Part shown: positions 1-10,488 of the stretch, in pieces
Layout: each line of letters starts with the position of its first letter
Numbering within the stretch: position 1 is the first letter of the stretch
Assembly (NCBI GenBank): GCA_963558405.1
Contig: CAUWGC010000019.1
Coordinates: 1-33,570 of the forward strand
Source of the DNA: an uncultured Clostridia bacterium
GTDB lineage: Bacteria > Bacillota > Clostridia > TANB77 > CAG-508
Direction of reading: 5' to 3'
DNA: 33,570 nt
The notes under the pieces: model-generated
Seen by the model: only the letters and a program-made list of their open reading frames with translations
Told to the model about the DNA's origin: nothing
Database searches by the model: none
Translations under genes and position numbers: made by a program

Positions 1-81
1 CAATTCTATCATTTTAATAAAATTATTTTTGCAAAAAACCGAAACTTAAATTTTTATGTGGTAAGTATTTTTAGATTATTT

Positions 82-681
82 CTATTTAACTTCCACATTA
101 TTTACAATAAATTCTATAATCTCATCTATATTATCTGGTAAATTGTCTTTTTCTTCTTTTGTTAATTCTACCAAATATTTATTATATTCTGGTACAATAC
201 TAATTGAATCTAGCGGATAACCAGGATTTCTTTGTTTACTTGGTTTATCTATAAAATAGTATGGTCCTTTACTCCATGTATATTCCTTTGAACCTGTTTC
301 GTTATATATCACTAGTCCGTATACCCATTTTGCTATTAATTTTTCCCCTTTTTCCTTTACCATGTTAGTATAATACTCGATAATTTCTTCGTCATTTAAT
401 TCTTTTCCATTTATTCTTTTTACATGAGTTCCTGGCTGTTTTTCTTGTGAAAGATTTTCTATAAACAAGTTATTATCCATTCCTATGGTTGGAATTTTAG
501 TCACGTCATAATATGCTTTAGCTTTTATATGAGCATTTTCTATGGCATTTTTGCCATTTTCTTCTATTGGTATTTTTATATCTATGTCTTTTAATGATAT
601 TAATTCTATTCCTTTTTGTTTTAATCCTTCTGCAAATTTCTTTACTTTTGCTGGATTATTTGTTGCAAATAATAATTTCAT
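82..681 (-). CDS. Non-canonical purine NTP pyrophosphatase (Ham1/ITPase/RdgB family)
   Basis: N-terminal FATNNPAK, then EENGKNAIENAHIKA and GMDNNLFIE..QPG matching the Ham1 pattern; RBS AGAGG upstream. Confidence 0.85.
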   Translation of the reverse strand: MKLLFATNNPAKVKKFAEGLKQKGIELISLKDIDIKIPIEENGKNAIENAHIKAKAYYDVTKIPTIGMDNNLFIENLSQEKQPGTHVKRINGKELNDEEIIEYYTNMVKEKGEKLIAKWVYGLVIYNETGSKEYTWSKGPYYFIDKPSKQRNPGYPLDSISIVPEYNKYLVELTKEEKDNLPDNIDEIIEFIVNNVEVK

Positions 682-748
682 TTTTATACCTCTTTTAAAT
701 TATTTTCTAATTTTAATCTACTGTCAAAAAGCAACGTCCCTATTGAAA

Positions 749-2611
749 TTAATCTATTTCAATAGCTCCTGTATATAATCCATAGTATGTTCCTTTTTTT
801 GCTATTAGTTCTTCATGGTTTCCTCTTTCTATTATTCTACCATGGTCTAATACCATTATTAAGTCTGAGTTTTTTATTGTTGAAAGTCTATGTGCTATTA
901 CAAACACTGTTCTTCCTTTCATTAATTTATCCATTCCCTCTTGTACTATTTTTTCTGTTCTAGTATCTATACTTGATGTTGCTTCGTCTAAAATTAGTAC
1001 TGGTGGATTATTTAATGCAGCTCTTGCAATAGATAGTAACTGTCTTTGTCCTTGTGATAGTCCTTCACCATTTCCTGTTATAACTGTATCATATCCATGT
1101 GCTAAGTGTTTGATAAATTGGTCAGCATTTGATAATTTTGCTGCTTCATATATTTCTTCATCTGTAGCGTCTAATTTTCCATAACGAATATTATCTTTAA
1201 TTGTTCCTGTAAACAAACTTGTATCTTGTAATACCATACCTAAAGACTGTCTTAAATCGCTTTTCTTTATTTTTCTTATATTTATTCTATCATATCTTAT
1301 TTTTCCTTCTTGTATATCATAAAATCTATTAATTAAATTAGTTATAGTTGTTTTGCCAGCTCCTGTTGCTCCTACAAAAGATATCTTTTGTCCTTCTTTT
1401 GCTGAAAGTGTTATATCATGCAATATTCTTTTATTTTCTTTATAACCAAATTGAACATCTTCAAATTCTACTTGTCCTCTAAGTCTTGTATAAGTTATTC
1501 TACCATCTTTATGTGGATGTTTCCATGCCCATATTCCTGTTCTTTCTTTAGTTTCTATAATCTTTCCATCTTCTATTTTTGCATTTACTAAAGTAACATA
1601 TCCTTCATCTATTTCTTCTTCTTGATCTATAAGTTCAAATATTCTTTCTGCTCCTGCTAGTGCCATAATTATAAAATTCATTTGTTGTGATACTTGACCT
1701 AGTGGGTTTGTAAATGCTTTTACATATTGTAAAAAAGCAGCTATACTTCCAATTGTCAAAATTCCATTTACTGATAAAATACCACCTATTACTGCTACCA
1801 ATACATATCCTAAATTTCCAATATTCATTATACATGGCATTAAAATATTTGAATACATATTTGCCTTTGTCATACTATCACATAATTGTTCATTAAGAGC
1901 ATCAAATCTCTTTTTTGATTCTTCTTCGTAATTAAATACTTTTACTACTTTTTGTCCTTCCATCATTTCTTCTATATATCCATTTACTTTTCCTATATCT
2001 TCTTGTTGTTTAATAAAGAAACGTGAACTATTTCCTCCTAAATATCTAGAAATAAATATCATTAGAATTACCATTGCAACTACAACTAGTGTTAAATAGA
2101 TATTAGTAGCAAGCATTGCAATTAATATTGCAATCATACTCACAGATGCAGAAAATACCATTGGTATACTTTGGCTTAAAGCTTCTCTTAATGTATCTAC
2201 ATCATTTGTATATGTACTCATAATTTCTCCGTGTGAATGGCTATCAAAGTATCCTATTGGTAATTTTTGCATATGTTTAAACATTTGCATACGTATTTTG
2301 TTTAAAACGCCTTGTGATATATTAATCATTAATCTATTATATAAGTATGTACATATAACACCAACCAAATAAATTCCTGCCATAATTAAAATTGTATTTA
2401 GTAATGGTCCAAAATTTGGATTTTGGTTTCCTATCAAAGGAATAATAAAATCATCTATTAAGTATTTTATAAATTGTGTTCCTATTACTCCCACAGATGC
2501 GCTTATTATAATACTTATTAATACAATAGTTAATTGCAATTTGTATTCACTAACTACATATTTTAATAATCTACTTATTACTTTAGATTTTTTATTTTTT
2601 CTATTCTTCAT
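749..2611 (-). CDS. ABC exporter, fused permease/ATPase; subunit of a heterodimer carrying the canonical Walker A/B and H-loop
   Basis: Multi-TM N-terminal half; Walker A GATGAGKT, signature LSQGQ, Walker B ILDEATS, H-loop IAHR; RBS AGGAGG; overlaps the upstream partner by 11 nt. Confidence 0.95.
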   Translation of the reverse strand: MKNRKNKKSKVISRLLKYVVSEYKLQLTIVLISIIISASVGVIGTQFIKYLIDDFIIPLIGNQNPNFGPLLNTILIMAGIYLVGVICTYLYNRLMINISQGVLNKIRMQMFKHMQKLPIGYFDSHSHGEIMSTYTNDVDTLREALSQSIPMVFSASVSMIAILIAMLATNIYLTLVVVAMVILMIFISRYLGGNSSRFFIKQQEDIGKVNGYIEEMMEGQKVVKVFNYEEESKKRFDALNEQLCDSMTKANMYSNILMPCIMNIGNLGYVLVAVIGGILSVNGILTIGSIAAFLQYVKAFTNPLGQVSQQMNFIIMALAGAERIFELIDQEEEIDEGYVTLVNAKIEDGKIIETKERTGIWAWKHPHKDGRITYTRLRGQVEFEDVQFGYKENKRILHDITLSAKEGQKISFVGATGAGKTTITNLINRFYDIQEGKIRYDRINIRKIKKSDLRQSLGMVLQDTSLFTGTIKDNIRYGKLDATDEEIYEAAKLSNADQFIKHLAHGYDTVITGNGEGLSQGQRQLLSIARAALNNPPVLILDEATSSIDTRTEKIVQEGMDKLMKGRTVFVIAHRLSTIKNSDLIMVLDHGRIIERGNHEELIAKKGTYYGLYTGAIEID

Positions 2612-4343
2612 CTTGTTTTCCTCCTTTCATCTGAGATTCATATACTTCTCTATAAATATCGTTTGTTTTTAGTAATTCTTCTGATGTACCTATTCCATTA
2701 ATTTTTCCTTCATCTAATACAATTATTTTATCAGCATCTTCAATGGATGATATTCTTTGTGCTATTATAATTTTTGTAGTATTTGGTATTTTTTCACGAA
2801 ATGCTTTTCTAATAAATGCATCTGTTTTAGTATCTACTGCACTTGTTGAATCATCTAGGATTAATATTTTAGGCTTTTTCAAAATAGCTCTTGCAATACA
2901 TATTCTTTGTTTTTGTCCGCCAGATACATTTGTACCACCTTGGTCTAACATAGTATCATATTTGCTTGGAAATTCTTTTATAAAACCATCTGCTTGTGCT
3001 AGTTTACAAACCTCTTCAAGTTCTTCTTGATCTGCGTTTTTCTTTCCCCATCTTAAATTTTCTGCAATTGTTCCGGAAAATAATACATTTTTTTGTAATA
3101 CCATTGCTACCGCTTCTCTTAATGTATATAAATCATAATCTTTAACATCAACTCCGCCTACCTTAACAGAACCTTTACTTGCATCGTAAAGTCTTGGTAT
3201 TAAGCTTACCAAAGTAGATTTTGAGCTTCCTGTTCCTCCAATTATTCCTACTGTTTCCCCTTCTTTTATATCAATATTAATATCTCTTAAGGCAAATTTA
3301 TTAACATCTTTTTCATCACTATAAACAAAACTTACATTTTCAAATTTTATTGAGCCATTCTTTACTTCTTTTACTGTCTTTTCTTTATTTTTTATACTTG
3401 GCTCTTCTTCTATAACTTCTAAAATTCTTTCTGCAGATGATTGTGATATAATAATCATAACAAATACCATAGATAACATCATTAAACTTGCTAATATTTG
3501 CCATGCATATGTAATAATACTAGACAATTGTCCAGTTTGCATTGTTCCACCTACAATTAATTTTGCTCCTATCCATGAAATTAATAATATACATGTATAT
3601 ATTGTAGTTTGCATTACAGGACTGTTAAATGCAACAATTTTTTCTGCTTTTTTAAAATTTTCATATACTTGGTCATTTACTTTTTTAAATTTTTGTTCTT
3701 CATATTCTTCTCTTACATAAGATTTTACAACTCTTATAGCAGATACATTTTCTTGTACTACGTTATTTAACTTATCATATTTTTTAAATACTTTTTCAAA
3801 AATAGGATGTGCCTTTTTTATAATAAAGAACAAAATAAATCCCAATACTGGAATTGCAACTAAAAATATTAAAGATATTTTTGCACTAATAGATAAAACC
3901 ATTAATAGTGCAAATATCATCATAATTGGTCCTCTTACTAATATACGAATAATCATTTGAAAAGCCATTTGGACATAACTTACATCTGTAGTCATACGAG
4001 TAATTAAACTTGATGTAGAAAATTTATCTATATTTTCAAATGAGTAATCTTGAATTTTATAAAACATTGCTTTTCTTAAATTTTTTGCATACCCTGCTGA
4101 TGCTTTTGCTGCAAATCTACCAGATAACATTCCAAATGTTAAAGATAAAATAGCAGATATAATTAATAATACTCCCATTTCTAAAATATACTGTACATCT
4201 CCGTTTTGAATTCCAACGTCTATTATTTTTGCCATTAATAGTGGAATAATTACTTCCATTATTACTTCTAAAATTACAAATACAGGTGTTAAAATTGCTG
4301 ACTTTTTATACTCTTTTACATACTTTGCTAATTTTTTTATCAT
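2601..4343 (-). CDS. ABC exporter, fused permease/ATPase; subunit with degenerate Walker B/H-loop (TM287/288- or EfrCD-type heterodimer)
   Basis: Walker A GGTGSSKST, signature VSGGQ, Walker B ILDDSTS (E to D), switch IAQR (H to Q). Confidence 0.95.
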   Translation of the reverse strand: MIKKLAKYVKEYKKSAILTPVFVILEVIMEVIIPLLMAKIIDVGIQNGDVQYILEMGVLLIISAILSLTFGMLSGRFAAKASAGYAKNLRKAMFYKIQDYSFENIDKFSTSSLITRMTTDVSYVQMAFQMIIRILVRGPIMMIFALLMVLSISAKISLIFLVAIPVLGFILFFIIKKAHPIFEKVFKKYDKLNNVVQENVSAIRVVKSYVREEYEEQKFKKVNDQVYENFKKAEKIVAFNSPVMQTTIYTCILLISWIGAKLIVGGTMQTGQLSSIITYAWQILASLMMLSMVFVMIIISQSSAERILEVIEEEPSIKNKEKTVKEVKNGSIKFENVSFVYSDEKDVNKFALRDINIDIKEGETVGIIGGTGSSKSTLVSLIPRLYDASKGSVKVGGVDVKDYDLYTLREAVAMVLQKNVLFSGTIAENLRWGKKNADQEELEEVCKLAQADGFIKEFPSKYDTMLDQGGTNVSGGQKQRICIARAILKKPKILILDDSTSAVDTKTDAFIRKAFREKIPNTTKIIIAQRISSIEDADKIIVLDEGKINGIGTSEELLKTNDIYREVYESQMKGGKQDEE

Positions 4344-4414
4344 TTTATTTCATCCTTTCTTTTAAATTAACTTTAATCTTATCTATTTTAACATATTTAT
4401 TAATTTTGGGCAAT

Positions 4415-4446
4415 AAAAATGATGGATAAATCTATCCATCATTTTT
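4415..4446 (-). terminator. Intrinsic terminator downstream of the 247-aa gene
   Basis: Perfect 14-bp inverted repeat AAAAATGATGGATA-aatc-TATCCATCATTTTT. Confidence 0.75.
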
Positions 4447-4518
4447 CATTTTTAGGAATCACTTTATTTAATTTTTTAGCAACTTTTGGATTAAAGTGAT
4501 ATTGTATAACACTTAGAA

Positions 4519-5262
4519 TTATTTGAACAAAGTTTTTAACTTTTGAATAAAGTTTTTAAATATTGAAAATTTCTCAATAGCACTTTTTTCAGATGTTATT
4601 TCTTGTTTTTCTTTCCTTTCAAAGGTTTCAGTAATTTTTACAGAATCTAGAATAATCTTAAAGTCATCATCTTTTCTGTAATTCTCTGACATTGCTTTTA
4701 GCAGTTGATAAACTTCATCAACATAAGGCATTAACAGTTCTGTTGCTTCTCTTCCAAAATGTAAACTCCTAATTCCTCCAAACATACATGTATTACTGTT
4801 TTTACAAGATAACAAAAATAGTGTATGTTGTACTTCTTCCTTTGGGAAGTGCTTACATAGTCTATAGCAAGCATTATACACCTTTACAGATAATACTGTA
4901 TCTTCTGTAGTGTCCAAAAGATTTTGGTATGCATCTTTACATTCAGGGATAATCCAAATGTTTAAAAACTCATCATCTCTTATTGACTTTTGATAAAAGA
5001 GTTCTTCTCGGAATTTCTTTAAGATTTCTCTAGGAATTTTAGGCATTTTCTCAATGCTTTCACATCCATAAAGGTTTAATCCTAATTCTTTTACCCCTCT
5101 AAATGAATCTATTGTCATAAACCATAGAATTCGTAAACTCTTTTTATCATTCTTAATCTCTATAAATTTTTGAGTTGCGTTATAGATTGCCTCCTTTACT
5201 GTTTCATCGAAATTCTCGATTTCTTCTTCAAATTCCTTCCGAAATTTGATTGTTTCAGTCAT
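4519..5262 (-). CDS. Hypothetical protein with an internal two-fold repeat resembling RNA polymerase alpha C-terminal domain
   Basis: 247-aa ORF with RBS AGGAGG, own promoter and terminator; LSVKVYNACYR...GIRSLHFGRE resembles alpha-CTD LSVRSYNCLKR...VRNLGRKS (domain call is weak). Confidence 0.7.
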   Translation of the reverse strand: MTETIKFRKEFEEEIENFDETVKEAIYNATQKFIEIKNDKKSLRILWFMTIDSFRGVKELGLNLYGCESIEKMPKIPREILKKFREELFYQKSIRDDEFLNIWIIPECKDAYQNLLDTTEDTVLSVKVYNACYRLCKHFPKEEVQHTLFLLSCKNSNTCMFGGIRSLHFGREATELLMPYVDEVYQLLKAMSENYRKDDDFKIILDSVKITETFERKEKQEITSEKSAIEKFSIFKNFIQKLKTLFK

Positions 5263-5307
5263 TATGATTCCCTCCTAATGTTTTATAGAGTGTTTACTCT
5301 TGTTAAT

Positions 5308-5337
5308 ATTATACTATTTGTTTTTATGTTATGTCAA
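5308..5337 (-). promoter_or_regulatory. SigmaA-type promoter for the 247-aa gene
   Basis: Minus strand TTGACA-18 nt-TATAAT, both hexamers perfect. Confidence 0.7.
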
Positions 5338-5363
5338 TTAGAATTCTATTTTTTAAATAATTT

Positions 5364-6101
5364 TTACATTAATATTATATTTGAATTTTCTTTTAACCAT
5401 ATTCTTTTTATATCATAATCCGGAATATATCTTTTAACTAAATTATAAAATTCCTTGCTATGGTTTGGATGTATTATATGACATAATTCATGCACTATTA
5501 TTGCATCAATTTGTTCTGTTGGAAGCATAATAAGTCTTGAAGTAAAGTGAAGCATTCTTGTTTTTGGAACACAACTTCCATATTTGCTAATTGCATCTCT
5601 TACTTTAAATTGATTATATTGTATTTTAGTTATTTTACTCCAATATGGTAATCTATCTTGTAACAATACTTCTGTATTATTTTTAAAAATTTTCTTTACT
5701 ATATTATCTAATCCTTTTTTTATTATCAATTCTTCTAATCCTTCTGGAACATATACATTAAATCTATTTTTATTTATATCTATTTCAATTCCAAGTTTTG
5801 TTTTATTGTATGTAGTACGATTTATTACATATTTCTCACCTTTATAATATATTATTTCTCCTGTTTTCCAATTTATTATATTCTTTCTATAGTTTTCTAA
5901 ACTTTTTTGATACTGCTCGTAAATTTGTTTTTCATTTTTTCTTATTATTTCTGTCACTAATTTTAAAGTTACTTTATATGGTTTTGTTACATTTAATACA
6001 GTATCTTTAAAATAAATTTTTATACTTTTTGCATTTTTATAATTTCTTATATTAGCTGGTATTTTTATGTTATTAATTTCAATATAATGATTTTTTTTCA
6101 T
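5364..6101 (-). CDS. YgjP-like / M48-SprT-type metal-dependent hydrolase (DUF45)
   Basis: SKYGSC, IDAIIVHELCHIIHPNHSKEFYNLV (HExxH..H..F motif). Confidence 0.85.
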   Translation of the reverse strand: MKKNHYIEINNIKIPANIRNYKNAKSIKIYFKDTVLNVTKPYKVTLKLVTEIIRKNEKQIYEQYQKSLENYRKNIINWKTGEIIYYKGEKYVINRTTYNKTKLGIEIDINKNRFNVYVPEGLEELIIKKGLDNIVKKIFKNNTEVLLQDRLPYWSKITKIQYNQFKVRDAISKYGSCVPKTRMLHFTSRLIMLPTEQIDAIIVHELCHIIHPNHSKEFYNLVKRYIPDYDIKRIWLKENSNIILM

Positions 6102-6163
6102 ATTTTTTCCTCTAATTTGATTATATTTAGCATTATAATAACATAAGAGTAGATAATCTTCAA

Positions 6164-7534
6164 TTAATTATCTACTCTCTTTAAACAACAAATTGCTTCG
6201 CAATGATGTGTAAAAGGGAATAAATCAATTGGTTGTATTTCTGTAATGTTATACTTTTCTTCTAACTCTTTTAAGTCTCTTACCAATGTTGCTGGATTAC
6301 AGCTAATATATACTAGCTTGTTTGGTAATCTCTCTTTTATAATTCTAATTGTGTTTTTGTCTAATCCTTTTCTTGGAGGATCTACTATAATTGCACTTGG
6401 TGTAATTTTTTCTTTTTCTAGTATTTTCTCTAAAATCTGTTCTACATCTCCGGCAAAAAATTCTATATTATTTATATTATTTTGTTTTGCATTTTCTTTT
6501 GCATCTTGAATAGCTTGTTCTATTATTTCTATTCCATATACCTTTTTTACTTTTTCGGCTGCAAAAATCCCTATTGTTCCTATTCCACAGTATAAATCTA
6601 ATAAAATATCTTCTTTTGTTAATTCTGCTTTTTCTATTGCTGTTTTATATAGCACTTCAGTTTGAATAGGATTTACTTGATAAAATGATAGTGGTGATAT
6701 TTTAAAAATGTATTTATCTAAATAATCTTCTATATATCCATTACCATAAAGAATTACGTTCTTTTGTCCTAAAATAACATTAGTGTTTTTAGAATTAATA
6801 TTTTTTACTATTGTTGTTATTTCTGGATGCTGTTTTAAAATATATTTTATCATATCTTTTTCATTTGGTATTTTTTCTTCATTTACTATTAATACACACA
6901 TTATTTGTTTAGTTTTTTTTGCAGTTCTTATCATAATATGACGGAATAATCCTGATGTTGTTTTCTCATCATATACACTTAATTTATTTGTTACTATATA
7001 TTGATATATAGTTTTTGCAATTTTTTCTGCTTTATTATCTTGAATTTTACAATCTTGCATTGGTATTATTTCATGAGTTCTATTTGCATAAATTCCAATA
7101 ACACTATTTCCATTTTTATCTTTTCCTAGTGGGTATTGTGCTTTATTACGATAATTATATGGATTTTCCATTCCAATCACAGGATTTACTTTTATTTTTT
7201 TATTTAATGATTTTTCAATTAAATTGTTTATTCTTTTTTGTTTTATTTCCAATGTTTTTTTATATTCAATATGTCTTAAATTACATCCACCACAACGTTT
7301 ATATGTTAAGCAATCAGGCTCTACTCTATATGGCGATACCTCTAATATATCTACTATTTTTCCAAAAGCATGTGAAGATAAAACTTTTACTATTAATATT
7401 TTTACTTTTTCTCCTAAAATTGCACCTGGTATAAAAATAGTAAAATTATCAATTTTAGCAATTCCTTCTCCTTCATATCCTTCGTCTATTATATCTACTA
7501 TATATTCTTTATTTTTTTCTACTGGAACTAACAT
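6164..7534 (-). CDS. rlmD: 23S rRNA (uracil-1939-C5)-methyltransferase RlmD/RumA
   Basis: N-terminal TRAM domain, Fe-S motif CLTYKRCGGC, SFYQVN, DLYCGIGTIG, VDPPRKG, catalytic YISCNPATL. Confidence 0.95.
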   Translation of the reverse strand: MLVPVEKNKEYIVDIIDEGYEGEGIAKIDNFTIFIPGAILGEKVKILIVKVLSSHAFGKIVDILEVSPYRVEPDCLTYKRCGGCNLRHIEYKKTLEIKQKRINNLIEKSLNKKIKVNPVIGMENPYNYRNKAQYPLGKDKNGNSVIGIYANRTHEIIPMQDCKIQDNKAEKIAKTIYQYIVTNKLSVYDEKTTSGLFRHIMIRTAKKTKQIMCVLIVNEEKIPNEKDMIKYILKQHPEITTIVKNINSKNTNVILGQKNVILYGNGYIEDYLDKYIFKISPLSFYQVNPIQTEVLYKTAIEKAELTKEDILLDLYCGIGTIGIFAAEKVKKVYGIEIIEQAIQDAKENAKQNNINNIEFFAGDVEQILEKILEKEKITPSAIIVDPPRKGLDKNTIRIIKERLPNKLVYISCNPATLVRDLKELEEKYNITEIQPIDLFPFTHHCEAICCLKRVDN

Positions 7535-7599
7535 TTCTCTCCTATCCTTATTTTTATATTCTTTTTATATCATACCAAAAATTTTTTAAAATAACAAGT

Positions 7600-7634
7600 A
7601 AAAAAACCGCTCATATTTATTGAGCGGTTTTTTT
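7600..7634. terminator. Intrinsic terminator (bidirectional shape) after the DUF4097-like gene
   Basis: AAAAAAACCGCTCA-tatttat-TGAGCGGTTTTTTT perfect stem. Confidence 0.85.
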
Positions 7635-7639
7635 GAGTA

Positions 7640-8305
7640 TCAATTAACTCGTATTTTTGTTGTTCCCATTTCATTAATAATGGAGGTCTTTAGACTATAA
7701 CCATCTTTTTCTAGGACGAACTTACTCTGAATAACTTTACCTGCACCAGTTACATTCTTTTTTAATTCTCCTACATTGGTTGGTAACATTGCAATATAAC
7801 CATTTTTAGTACCAAGAGTTGCTTCCAAATCGTTTTGCAAATCTACCTTAAACTCTATGTTTCCATTTTGAGAGATTGCACAAACATTCTCTACTTTTAA
7901 ATTTCTTGAGAGTTTGATGTTTCCAAATTTTGTGTTAACACATAAATACTTATATGTTAAACGATTTGGAATCATTACTTTTAGATATAAACTTCCTACA
8001 ATATCTGGAAGTTTATCTTTTAGTTTTAATTCTCTTGTTTCTTTTTCCCATACCAATTCAATTTGGTTAGAACTACATTTTCCATATACATATACCTCCA
8101 TGTTTTTACAATTAGCTGACATTATACAAATATCGGCTAACTCAGTGGATACTGACAAAATATCACTGTTCGCTGGAACTTTTAAAATCTTCTCAATTTT
8201 TGTACAATCTTCTTTGCTACTTTCTTCATGCCGAAGACTTGAATCACCAAAAATTGAACTATTGTCCATAAAACAATTTCCCCAAATGTTAATGTTGAAA
8301 CTCAT
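7640..8305 (-). CDS. DUF4097-like beta-strand repeat protein
   Basis: Repeated VNTKFGNIKL / ISQNGNIEF / LGTKNGYI units; RBS AGGAGG. Confidence 0.6.
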   Translation of the reverse strand: MSFNINIWGNCFMDNSSIFGDSSLRHEESSKEDCTKIEKILKVPANSDILSVSTELADICIMSANCKNMEVYVYGKCSSNQIELVWEKETRELKLKDKLPDIVGSLYLKVMIPNRLTYKYLCVNTKFGNIKLSRNLKVENVCAISQNGNIEFKVDLQNDLEATLGTKNGYIAMLPTNVGELKKNVTGAGKVIQSKFVLEKDGYSLKTSIINEMGTTKIRVN

Positions 8306-8467
8306 AAATCTTCCTCCTATAAAAATTATTTTCTTCTGTCACACCCTATGTTGTTAAAATATAGGATTTTATAATAGAAGTTAAAATTATTATAACACTT
8401 TTCACATATTCTTTCAATTGTTTGTATTAATTTATGCCTGTTGTATACCGATATTTAAGCTTTTTCC

Positions 8468-8496
8468 TTGTTAAAACATTATGATTATGCTATAAT
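8468..8496 (+). promoter_or_regulatory. SigmaA-type promoter for the TPM-lemA operon
   Basis: TTGTTA-17 nt-TATAAT with extended -10 TG. Confidence 0.6.
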
Positions 8497-8602
8497 AAGA
8501 ATTGCACAAATTTTATACCCTAATCTCAAAGTTCAAATTTGAAAGGAGGAAAACATTATTTTATTTTGTTACAATTCTCTTAACAACTAAGAATACGGAG
8601 GA

Positions 8603-10434
8603 ATGATTATGAAAAAGAGAAGTTTTAAACGGATTATGGCTTGTATTATTACCATGACTATGGCATTTTTCTTGACATCATGTGTTAATGTGTCAGCAAA
8701 TCGCAATCCATACAACATCCAGGTTCTTGAAGCAACATCTGATTTCTACGTAAACGATTTTGCAGGAATTCTTTCCAAAACTCAAAAAAAAGAAATGATG
8801 GATAAAGCTGTAAAACTGGATACAGAATTTTCAGGTATACAAGTTGTTGTAAGTATTGTAGAGTCATTTGAAAAGACAGTAACAGATTCTCAAAATAACT
8901 CTGGACACAATGCTTATGACATTGAGCAATTAGCTTATGCAATGTACAGTCAGTATGGTATAGGACAAGATGATATGGGAATTTTGATTCTATTTTCTGT
9001 TGAAGATAGAGAAGTAAGAATTGAAACTGGATATCAAATGCAAAGCTATATCACTGATATAAAATCAGGTCAGCTATTGGATAATTATGGAATGAATTAT
9101 TTTGCAAACAACCAATTTGCTGAAGGACTTGTTTCTTTACAAGATGCAGTAATTAGCGAAATTAGAACTGTTGTACCTATAAATTGGGCAAGTTCTAATA
9201 AAACTGAAAAAACAGAAACCATGTTAGAAACAGATGACACATCAGAAGGCCCAAAAACTCTCGTTACTGATAGTATCTCTGAAGATGTTAATAAAGTATT
9301 GTTGTTTAGTTTTTTAGGCACATTTTCTATGCTAATTTTACTATCGTTGGATTTATTAAAAAATCTTCTACAAGTAAGCAAAAAAATGCAAAATTACATG
9401 ATGATGAGATTAAGTCTTTGATTACAGGATTTAATAACCAAACTAAACAAATTCGATTACAATATTCAACTGAATTAACCAAAAAAGAAAGAGAAATAGA
9501 ATCTTTAAGCCAAAGCCTTTCTACTACAAGTAGTCAACTTTCCAAAGTTCAATCTGAACTTAAAAAGCTTGATGATAAACTTAGGAGAATAAAAACTCTC
9601 CATCCAGAACTTGATTTTGAAAAAGAAGTTTTAAATATGATTGAACAAGAATATCGAGCTGAGGCTAAAGCAATTGATGAAAAACTAGCCAGTGTTATTA
9701 AAACCTTACCAGACAAAGATAAAGTTGGCTTATTTGATAATGCCATCTCACTTTTTACAGATGCAAGTCCTAATGTACAGAAGTATGTAAAGACTGATAT
9801 AGATATTGTTAGAAAGCTTTACAAAGAATCAAAAACTTTGAAAAAAGAATTTGATATTGCGGAACAAAAAAAAGCTGATAAAGCAGTTGCGCGAAAAGTT
9901 TATGAAGAAATTTTACATGTGCTTCATGATAATCCTCACGGAAATCATAAAACATATAAAAATTTAAGCAAAGCTTTTGAACTTTATAAAAATCTAAGCT
10001 CGTCTCAGAAGGAATTTTTCCCTAATCAAGCACTATTAATGAGCCTTAAAGAAACTGTAAATATAGCCTCAGTGGACTATAAAAACTATACTGAAGCTAA
10101 ATCTGCAGAAACTAAAATAAGGTCCATTATTGAATATATGTTCAGTGCATCTGAATATGATAGAGAAAAACTTTCCCAAGCACATAGCTACTATAAAAAT
10201 TTGTCTTATCCTGCGAAAGAATATTTTGATTCAGAACTTTTAAATAAACTTCATAAATTAATTAGAGAAGCTGAAGAAGATTATGAAAAACAAGAAAGAC
10301 AAAGAAGAGATTTTAGAATTAATTCTTATGACCATGAAAGTTCCAACTCTTTCGATAATGATGATGATAACTATGGAGACTTTAGTGGTAGAGGTGGTAG
10401 TCCTAGTGGAGGAGGTGCATCCAGAAGTTTTTAA
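8603..10434 (+). pseudogene. TPM-domain (YgcG/DUF477-like) membrane lipoprotein split by a 1-nt frameshift near 9336-9339; about 610 aa if restored (track ORFs 8603..9421 and 9418..10434)
   Basis: Lipobox FLTSC; TPM motifs YVNDFAGIL, GILILFSVEDREVRIETGY; second ORF ends with the family-typical GDFSGRGGSPSGGGASRSF; one extra T gives a continuous TM helix VLLFSFLGTFSMLIFTIVGFIKK. Confidence 0.8.
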
Positions 10435-10488
10435 GAATCAGTATATTTTAACAATTATACGATATTAACCCCAAAAGGAGATGTTCTG

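Noticed and set aside
1286-1294. YDR instead of the usual YDG in the ABC ATPase (AGA for GGA) as a sign of codon reassignment
   Set aside because: Single instance; AGA encodes conserved Arg elsewhere (IAHR, THRV)
4458-4500. 9-bp inverted repeat ATCACTTTA/TAAAGTGAT
   Set aside because: Short, AT-rich and widely spaced; plausible by chance
6100-6230. rlmD 3' end as an ICE/IME integration site (atypical C-terminus HHCEAICCL)
   Set aside because: No recombinase or att repeat downstream; next gene is an ordinary YgjP-like gene
8541-8550. Orphan strong Shine-Dalgarno GAAAGGAGGA in the TPM leader
   Set aside because: Followed only by ATT and a ~11-codon frame; a leader peptide cannot be supported
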